Source: an uncultured virus (IMG/VR IMGVR_UViG_3300027763_001732) (lineage: Duplodnaviria > Heunggongvirae > Uroviricota > Caudoviricetes). From it: 20,000 bases of DNA. Of this stretch, positions 15,101-20,000 are shown in pieces. The notes beneath the pieces are model-generated. The model ran no database searches, had not been told where the DNA came from, and saw only the letters and a list, made by a program, of their open reading frames with translations. Position numbers and translations under genes: made by a program. Every line of letters starts with the position of its first letter. Position 1 is the first letter of the stretch. The stretch is taken from the IMG/VR virus record IMGVR_UViG_3300027763_001732. The stretch is one strand, 5' to 3'.

Positions 15101-16811
15101 TTGCGGCTGTGTATGTAACACCACTTGCTGTTGTAGCACTAATTTCACCACGAACATCTGCACTTGTAACTTTAGCGTATGTAACTACACCAGTTGCGTT
15201 GTCATATGTTAGACCGCCAAAACCAGCGCCACTTGTTGTAGCACTAATTTCACCACGAACATTTGCACTTGTAACTTTAGCGTATGTGAATGCGCCAGTT
15301 GCATCGTCATATGTTAGACCACCATGACCAGTACCGCTTGTTGTGGCACTGAAGTGAACACGAGTTTCAGCAGCACTTGGACCTGTGTATGTGAACACAC
15401 CAGTTGTGCTGTTATAAGCTAAGTCACCGTCGCCGCTGGCACTAACTGCGCTAACTGCTTGACGATAATCAGAGTTTGTTGGGCCATCAAATGTAAATAC
15501 ACCAGTAGTACTACTATAGCTCAATTCGCCATCACCGCTGTTAGTGTTGGCACTAACTGCTTGACGATAATCAGCATCATCTGGACCAGTGTATAAGAAT
15601 GCACCAGTTGCACTGTTATAGCTGAAACTACCGTCACCGGCGTCTTTGCTTGCACTTAATGCTAAACGAGCACGACTGTCTGTAAAGTACAAATTTGTAC
15701 CTTCTGACACATTAGTTGTACTTGGAGCAGTAATATTAATAACACCAGTTTGGTTGTTGTAACTTAAAACATTCCATCCAGTTGCACTAATGCTTTCGCG
15801 AGCACGGGCTGTTGTGAAGTATAAATTGTCTTCGCCTTCGGCAACTTTATCAGTGTCGGGCTTGGCAAATGTAAACGCACCATTTGCATACGATAAAATG
15901 CTTGAGTCGTCGGTTGTTAATGTAATTGCACCGGCTGCGCGAGCATTAGTGAAGTACAAATTTGCACTACCTTCATCGATATTATCTGTGTCTAGTACCA
16001 CATCACCGGTTTGTGTGTTAACACTCCAAACGGCGGCTTGTGTACTGATAACACCTGTTGAGGCATTATAGTCAATATTACTACCATTACTTACACTTGC
16101 GCGAGCACGGGCTGTTGTAAAGTACTGGTTAATTACACCTTCAGTGATCTTATCAGTATTTGGTGTTGTAAAAGTAAACTGACCTGTACTTGAACCATAA
16201 CTTAAAATTTGATTGTCATCACTTGTCAAACCAATGTCATTACGCACACGGGCTGTTGTGTAATACTTGTTAGTTGTACCTTCTAAGATACCATCACTTG
16301 TTGGGTGATTATATGTAAATGCACCAGTTGTTTGATTATAAGAAATAACTGTAGCGTTATCACTTGTCAATGAAACAGATGCACGAGCACGGTCTTGTGT
16401 AAAGTACAAGTTTGTTGTACCTTCATCGACGTCGTCTGTGCTATAAATCATCTGTGCATTGATGGCTTGATCTACGTACAATTTAGTAGCGGCATGTAAA
16501 TCGTTTTGTGGAGCGCCTGACAATGTCAATAGACCTGTCATTGTGCTGCCAGCCAATGCAACCTTACCTGCTAATGCAGTTGTAATTGTTGTTGAAAAAT
16601 TTGCATCATTACCAAGTGCTAGTGCTAGTTCATTTAATGTATCTAGTACGTTTGGTGCTGAAGCGATTAAGTCTGCTACGGCTTGACGAACGTAACCAGT
16701 AGAAGCGATTTGTGTAGTATTTGTACCGGCAGCGGCTGTAGCTGCTGTTGGTTGACCACGTAAGTCGACCGAGCTTATAATACTGCTCGACCTTGCTTTA
16801 ATAATAGGCAT
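12141..16811 (-). CDS. Very long repetitive fibre protein (1556 aa)
   Basis: N-terminal P2 gpH-like fibre module (PTA...TNTTQIAST...SAPNVLDTLNELALALGND). About 14 TDxxxEGxxNxYFTxxRAR units, SYNSxTGVFTY units and VTGN stacks. C-terminal FTGDGTTTSF...VYINGLVQAP...IVFDTAP domain. Ends IDGGTY. Confidence 0.9.
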   Translation of the reverse strand: MPIIKARSSSIISSVDLRGQPTAATAAAGTNTTQIASTGYVRQAVADLIASAPNVLDTLNELALALGNDANFSTTITTALAGKVALAGSTMTGLLTLSGAPQNDLHAATKLYVDQAINAQMIYSTDDVDEGTTNLYFTQDRARASVSLTSDNATVISYNQTTGAFTYNHPTSDGILEGTTNKYYTTARVRNDIGLTSDDNQILSYGSSTGQFTFTTPNTDKITEGVINQYFTTARARASVSNGSNIDYNASTGVISTQAAVWSVNTQTGDVVLDTDNIDEGSANLYFTNARAAGAITLTTDDSSILSYANGAFTFAKPDTDKVAEGEDNLYFTTARARESISATGWNVLSYNNQTGVINITAPSTTNVSEGTNLYFTDSRARLALSASKDAGDGSFSYNSATGAFLYTGPDDADYRQAVSANTNSGDGELSYSSTTGVFTFDGPTNSDYRQAVSAVSASGDGDLAYNSTTGVFTYTGPSAAETRVHFSATTSGTGHGGLTYDDATGAFTYAKVTSANVRGEISATTSGAGFGGLTYDNATGVVTYAKVTSADVRGEISATTASGVTYTAATGVIALASIPNASLTNSEVTVNGYAISLGGNKTLNADDIAEAIGGTNKYYTEARFDTSLATKTTDDVAEGDNLYYTQTRFNSAFTAKSTTDLSEGTNLYFTTTRARNSVSGGTGVTYSASTGDISIGQAVGTTDEVTFAKVTSPVTGNVTGNVSGNAGTATKLATARNINGVAFDGSTNVIVHTAGTGVSISGTEIAIGQDVSTTSDVTFGDVTVSGDLTVNGTMTAVNSTTVTIADKNLTLASGAASAAVADGAGITVAGANATINYASGTDTWDFNKSVKVTGGLEVTTSLTAPTFIGNLTGNVTGNLTGEVTGNASTATALKTARNIQGVSFDGTAPITVVTAGTGVTVTGTEVKIGQAVGTTDEVTFAKVTSPVTGDVTGNVSGNAGTATKLFTARNIQGVSFDGTAPITVVTAGTGVTVTGTEVKIGQAVGTTDSVTFAGVTSDVTGNLTGNVLGNVVGQVSDISNHDTDELAEGVTNLYFLDSRAQAAVSAANSGTGHGALSYNSATGVFTFAKVTAANIRGEVSAVKDSGDGNFSYASSTGVFTYTGPTDADYRDAVSATKVSGDGNFSYDSATGVFSYTGPSAADARAHFNAVDAGGDGSFSYNQATGEFTYTGPSASEVRAHISATTASGATYDSATGVIALASIPNSSLTNSKVTVNSKDVSLGGSITLGTDDVAEGTTNKYFLDSRARSAISLTTGDSTVLAYDPTTGVFTFSLAGINSDEVQEGSVNLYFTTARARASVSNGSNINYDASTGVISTQAAVWSVNTQTGDVVLDTDNIDEGSANLYFTDSRAASAITLVTDDADILSYATGTGTFTFVTPNTDAIDEGDVNMYYTVARGEAAIAAASVFDLADVASDGAVNDGYSLVWNSALQTFIAQNIAVTVTTLNFTGDGTTTSFNTEVEINTINDVQVYINGLVQAPTYSFTINTVNDETSIVFDTAPEADDYIMVRATPTAQLSAGGILNENSTIDGGTY
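13785..14727. repeat. Near-identical direct repeats within the long fibre gene
   Basis: 13785-13904 vs 14001-14120 (120 bp, 2 mismatches by eye). 13915-14028 vs 14614-14727 (114 bp, 1 mismatch by eye). Confidence 0.85.
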
Positions 16812-16831
16812 ATTATTAATTCCTTTTTTAT

Positions 16832-16851
16832 TAAGTTTCTATTGAAACTTA
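16832..16851. promoter_or_regulatory. Palindromic element in the leader of the long fibre gene
   Basis: Minus strand TAAGTTTC-AATA-GAAACTTA, just upstream of the AAGGA RBS. A second copy is at 17095-17110. Confidence 0.55.
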
Positions 16852-16854
16852 TTT

Positions 16855-17076
16855 TTAAGTTTGTTTACCGTCGTTACTCATCGACGCTGCCAATTCAGCT
16901 AATGTGTTTAATATCGAGGGTGCCGAATCAACTAACTCACTGATAGCTTGCTCAACGAATTGAGTCGATGCAATCTGTGAATCATGTGTATCAGCCGGTG
17001 CTGTCGGTGCAGTTGGAACTCCTTCGAGGTCAACTGATCCAATAATAGAACTTGATCTTATTTTAATCATCGGCAT
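16855..17076 (-). CDS. Short paralog (73 aa) of the N-terminal module of the 1556-aa fibre
   Basis: ATG 17076 with a GAGGA RBS. Ungapped alignment to fibre residues 1-69 gives 42/69 identities by hand count. Stops 4 residues after the ...ND motif. Confidence 0.75.
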   Translation of the reverse strand: MPMIKIRSSSIIGSVDLEGVPTAPTAPADTHDSQIASTQFVEQAISELVDSAPSILNTLAELAASMSNDGKQT

Positions 17077-17094
17077 GATATTATCCTCTATACC

Positions 17095-17110
17095 AGTTTC
17101 TATCGAAACT
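17095..17110. promoter_or_regulatory. Palindromic element in the leader of the 73-aa gene
   Basis: Minus strand AGTTTC-GATA-GAAACT, 6 nt upstream of the GAGGA RBS. 15/16 identical to 16834-16849. Confidence 0.55.
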
Positions 17111-17155
17111 TTTAGCATTTTTAAGTGTGGTATGCCGCCAACTTGAGAATAAATT

Positions 17156-18289
17156 TTAAATTACCAGCAACCAAAAGTTTTTCGTTATATTAACGCTTCC
17201 GTTGCTAGCCGTTACTGTGATTTCATATCTGCTGGGACTACTGTTATTAGGAGCAGTACCTGTTAGATTTGTTCCAGTTACCATGAGCCATGGTAAGGAT
17301 TGTTCGCTGGCATTTGCAGCGGTCAATGTTACATTTGTAGCATTGATTACACCTAATGTGTAGTTAATGGCATTACCGCCTGAAAAAGTTCCTATGTAGG
17401 AATTGGAATTTGTCCAATATGGTACATTAGTACCGTAGTTAATCAGATTAGGAAATCTGAATTCATTTCCACTAGTATCAACTAGCGTAAGGTCCTTGCC
17501 CTGTAATGTATTTATCGAAATCGAGTTTTCAACCATGAGTTGAATGGTATTTTGACTGATATAGTCAATTCTTGTCACAGGTACTTCTCCAATTTTAACG
17601 CCAGTGCCGTACGTGATATCTGTAGCAACCAGTGTAATTACGTGATAGTTGCTAATAGTGCCATAAATGACATCGAGAATCTTCGGACGAGGTCTATCAG
17701 TTGTTGTATTACTTCTTAATATTCTTACTTGTATTCTATCACCGTCTTCAGGAGCTTCATCAAAGGCAACAATATTTCCATTGATAATAGTATAGCTGTA
17801 AAAAGGTTCCTGCGTTACACCGTTGACTGTTACAACTAAATTATTAACTGAGCTAACCGAATTAATAATATCAAATTCCAGTGTGGCACCATCAGCAGTA
17901 AATGTTCTTGTTATAGGTGTTAATACATTGTTTTGACTTCTAAACTGTCCCAGCATTGCATCATATGCTAATACCTGACCTTCTGATGGAAAACTTACTG
18001 TAACATCAGTTAAGTTATCTAATGACAAGTTGGCAATTGCTTGTGCCACTGTTTGTCCACCGAGACTTAGTTGAGACTGTACATAATTCGTACTGGCAAA
18101 AGATTTCCATTCTGTGCCGTCATGATACTCTGGTTCAGATTCTGCAAATCTGACATATCCTTGTACACCAATTGTTGGACGATTGATAGTTGAACCCACT
18201 GGTATTTTTATAGCCCCTGTGCTATCAACTGCTAGTACACCGCTTTCAGGTGTAAATGTTTCTTTTGAGTGATTTATTTTAATTGACAT
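17156..18289 (-). CDS. Modular virion structural / fibre-adaptor protein with probable Ig-like C-terminal domains (377 aa)
   Basis: N-terminal IKIPVGSTINRP...GYVRF...EYHDGTEW fibre module, an LDNLTDV...GQVLAYD unit, and an FTADG...VTVNGVTQEP...VAFDEAP domain shared with the 1556-aa C-terminus. C-terminal LPWL...LTGTAP...ITVTASNG is Ig/cadherin-like. Confidence 0.8.
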   Translation of the reverse strand: MSIKINHSKETFTPESGVLAVDSTGAIKIPVGSTINRPTIGVQGYVRFAESEPEYHDGTEWKSFASTNYVQSQLSLGGQTVAQAIANLSLDNLTDVTVSFPSEGQVLAYDAMLGQFRSQNNVLTPITRTFTADGATLEFDIINSVSSVNNLVVTVNGVTQEPFYSYTIINGNIVAFDEAPEDGDRIQVRILRSNTTTDRPRPKILDVIYGTISNYHVITLVATDITYGTGVKIGEVPVTRIDYISQNTIQLMVENSISINTLQGKDLTLVDTSGNEFRFPNLINYGTNVPYWTNSNSYIGTFSGGNAINYTLGVINATNVTLTAANASEQSLPWLMVTGTNLTGTAPNNSSPSRYEITVTASNGSVNITKNFWLLVI

Positions 18290-18298
18290 ATTACTCTC

Positions 18299-18697
18299 TT
18301 AAATTGAAACAAGATCAATAACTGCTGTCCAGTTAATAGTGTCGGTGGCTGTACCGGTACAGGTTACTGTCATTTCACCCAACGAGTTAAAATTTATTGT
18401 TGGTTCTATAAAATCTGCTGTGTCTACATATGTATTTGTAACATATCCTGATATAGTTGTTGTACCTTGAAGATAACAACCTTTTATTTCATAAGCGGCT
18501 ACATTTACGCCTTGTCCTATAATATAAGCTGTGAAAAATACTGTGGATTCAACTGTGTATTTTAAACTATCCCTGTCTAATAATTCTGCGGTTACTGTAT
18601 TAGTTGTGACTCCGGACAAAGTTACACGTTGGTTCTTTAAGCCTATTTTAAATCTATCAGTGGTTGTACCATGTAATTTTGTGTATATGTCGGTCAT
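18299..18697 (-). CDS. Hypothetical beta-rich, probably structural protein (132 aa)
   Basis: Thr-rich ORF, ATGA-coupled to the upstream Cys-rich gene, within the late block. Confidence 0.75.
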   Translation of the reverse strand: MTDIYTKLHGTTTDRFKIGLKNQRVTLSGVTTNTVTAELLDRDSLKYTVESTVFFTAYIIGQGVNVAAYEIKGCYLQGTTTISGYVTNTYVDTADFIEPTINFNSLGEMTVTCTGTATDTINWTAVIDLVSI

Positions 18698-18927
18698 TGT
18701 TTATTCCAGCTTTCGAGAATCATTTCTTCTATCTTATTTATTAGATTTTCACCAGGCTGACTAGTTGTCCATTTATCTTCGGGACATTCGGCACTTGCAA
18801 ACATTGATTTAGCTGGCATATAACATCCACAGTGTTTGCAAATCTTAATTGTTTTGTTGAAATTGTCACAACTCTTACAAATATCTAATCGAAACAATTT
18901 AACTTCTTCACTTACTGTTTTTAGCAT
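18694..18927 (-). CDS. Small Cys-rich metal-binding protein, DUF6171-like (about 77 aa)
   Basis: RLDICKSC...CKHCGCYMPAK...ECPEDKW pattern with six Cys. Start set at ATG 18927, just after an AATAAATA promoter-like motif. Confidence 0.75.
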   Translation of the reverse strand: MLKTVSEEVKLFRLDICKSCDNFNKTIKICKHCGCYMPAKSMFASAECPEDKWTTSQPGENLINKIEEMILESWNKQ

Positions 18928-18932
18928 AATAG

Positions 18933-18940
18933 TATTTATT
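18933..18940 (-). promoter_or_regulatory. Probable late promoter AATAAATA
   Basis: 7/8 match to TATAAATA, just downstream of the gp23 terminator and 5 nt before ATG 18927. Confidence 0.55.
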
Positions 18941-18953
18941 TTAATCACATATT

Positions 18954-18980
18954 AAAAAAGGACTCCGAAGAGTCCTTTTT
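18954..18980 (-). terminator. Rho-independent terminator after gp23
   Basis: Minus strand AAAAAGGACTC-TTCG-GAGTCCTTTTTT, a C(UUCG)G tetraloop typical of T4-like phages. Confidence 0.9.
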
Positions 18981-19004
18981 GTAGTAAAAATACTATGTAA
19001 TGGA

Positions 19005-20000
19005 TTACATGTACTTAACGTCACCAATAGCAATTTTGCCTAGGTAGTCAGCAGCGTTGCCCAAAGAGCTTGCTGTGTTTGTCAACTCAACATAACCATA
19101 ACGTGTCATGAAGCTAACTACTGGTTCCATTGTTGCTGGGTCAAGAACAACACCAGAACTCATCAATGGAATGTATGGGCAATAGAACGCGGCTGCGTCC
19201 ATCTCGTTAGGGCCTTTGTAACCAACTAACAATGGAGCATTGGCTGCCGCATAGCTGTTTACATAAACTTTAACAGAACTGTTCAATGTACCAGCAAACT
19301 TTGTGTTTGTTGGAGCTTCGAATGTACCTTCTGTTGTGCGAGCGAAAGCACTTGTTGTTGCGCTTTGTAGAATTGTTAAAGCTGTTGGGCTAACAACTAC
19401 GAAGTTACCAGCACCACGACGTGTACGCTGAGCAATACGGTTAGCAACATCATTGATTTGGATAGCCAAAACAGCGTGTTGGTCACCAACGTAAGTAGCA
19501 GTACCAGTGAATGAACCACTAGTCTGGTCGAACGTGTGAACTGCTGTACCAGCCAATGTTGATAGACTTGCTAACAATTCTTGGTCGATTTCAGCTGTGA
19601 TTTCTTGTGCCAAAGCAGCCATAATTTCTGCTTCAACGTCCAAACCGTGCATGGCTTGTGCGTCTTGAGCAGCTTCAAATGTCCAACGAGCGGACATCTT
19701 ACGTGTTTTAGCTTCAACAGTTTGCTTCAATACTTGAATGCTTAACTTGTTACCTGGTGTACCTTCTAAAGTACTTGTAGCTTCACCTTTACCATTGCTA
19801 GCACCAGAGTATGCTGTAGCAATATCAAACGGGCTTAGTGCTTCAGAACCAGCAGTTGCGCCATTAGCTGTTTGAGCATAACGTACACGCAATGTGTGGA
19901 TTTGACCAACTGGGCCAGTCATTGGCTGAACACCAACGATTTCGTTAGCGATAACTGTTGGCATAACACGACGGATAACAGGCAAAATTACCTTGTTTAA
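19005..20000 (-). CDS. gp23: Major capsid protein, T4 gp23 family (5' end outside the window)
   Basis: LNKVILPVIRRVMPTVIANEIVGVQPMTGPVGQI, KQTVEAKTRKMSARWTFEAAQDAQAMHGLDVEAE, AFYCPYIPL and FMTRYG. The frame is open to position 20000. Confidence 0.97.
   Translation of the reverse strand, partial: LNKVILPVIRRVMPTVIANEIVGVQPMTGPVGQIHTLRVRYAQTANGATAGSEALSPFDIATAYSGASNGKGEATSTLEGTPGNKLSIQVLKQTVEAKTRKMSARWTFEAAQDAQAMHGLDVEAEIMAALAQEITAEIDQELLASLSTLAGTAVHTFDQTSGSFTGTATYVGDQHAVLAIQINDVANRIAQRTRRGAGNFVVVSPTALTILQSATTSAFARTTEGTFEAPTNTKFAGTLNSSVKVYVNSYAAANAPLLVGYKGPNEMDAAAFYCPYIPLMSSGVVLDPATMEPVVSFMTRYGYVELTNTASSLGNAADYLGKIAIGDVKYM

Noticed and set aside
9665..16071. Many 60-100 aa ORFs inside the two fibre genes
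   Set aside because: Expected from biased Thr/Gly/Val/Ala codon use, which removes stop codons from other frames. No RBS or motifs.
8621..16811. Diversity-generating retroelement TR/VR pair
   Set aside because: The repeats are in-frame shaft repeats with few or synonymous differences, not adenine-specific variation at a C-terminus. There is no reverse transcriptase in the window.
16811..16870. Frameshift or read-through fusion of the 73-aa stub to the 1556-aa fibre
   Set aside because: The genes are in different frames. The stub frame has several TAA stops after its end, the fibre frame has a TAG in the spacer, and the fibre has its own RBS.
18531..18764. Plus-strand 77-aa ORF
   Set aside because: Antisense to two coupled minus-strand genes.
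1..20000. Alternative genetic code (stop-codon recoding seen in some jumbo phages)
   Set aside because: All genes are intact at high coding density under code 11. TAA, TGA and TAG all appear as apparent stops.

Overview
Fragment of a large T4-related (gp23-type, probably jumbo) myophage genome. The porin and secreted proteins suggest a Betaproteobacterial host, which is an inference. There are three blocks. (1) 1-3739, minus strand: an accessory, probably early block with sigma70-type promoters, two of them perfect TTGACA-17-TATAAT. It encodes a Gram-negative porin, an HExxH metallopeptidase, a basic 398-aa unknown, a 58-aa lipoprotein and a secreted FG-GAP/VCBS-repeat protein. The last two are missing from the supplied ORF track. 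(2) 3894-7111, plus strand: gp14-like neck protein, gp15-like tail terminator, Nudix hydrolase and a hypothetical protein. (3) 7062-20000, minus strand, late block: major capsid protein gp23, a Cys-rich small protein, six fibre or fibre-adaptor genes built from shared modules, a 64-aa putative fibre-tip protein, a helical protein and a GT-A glycosyltransferase. The fibre genes include a 1556-aa fibre, a 932-aa fibre with an S74 chaperone and a 73-aa stub paralog. T4-type late promoters (TAAATA core) and UUCG terminators punctuate the late block. No RNA genes, CRISPR array, mobile element or DGR were seen. Family assignments come from motif recognition by eye, not from database searches.
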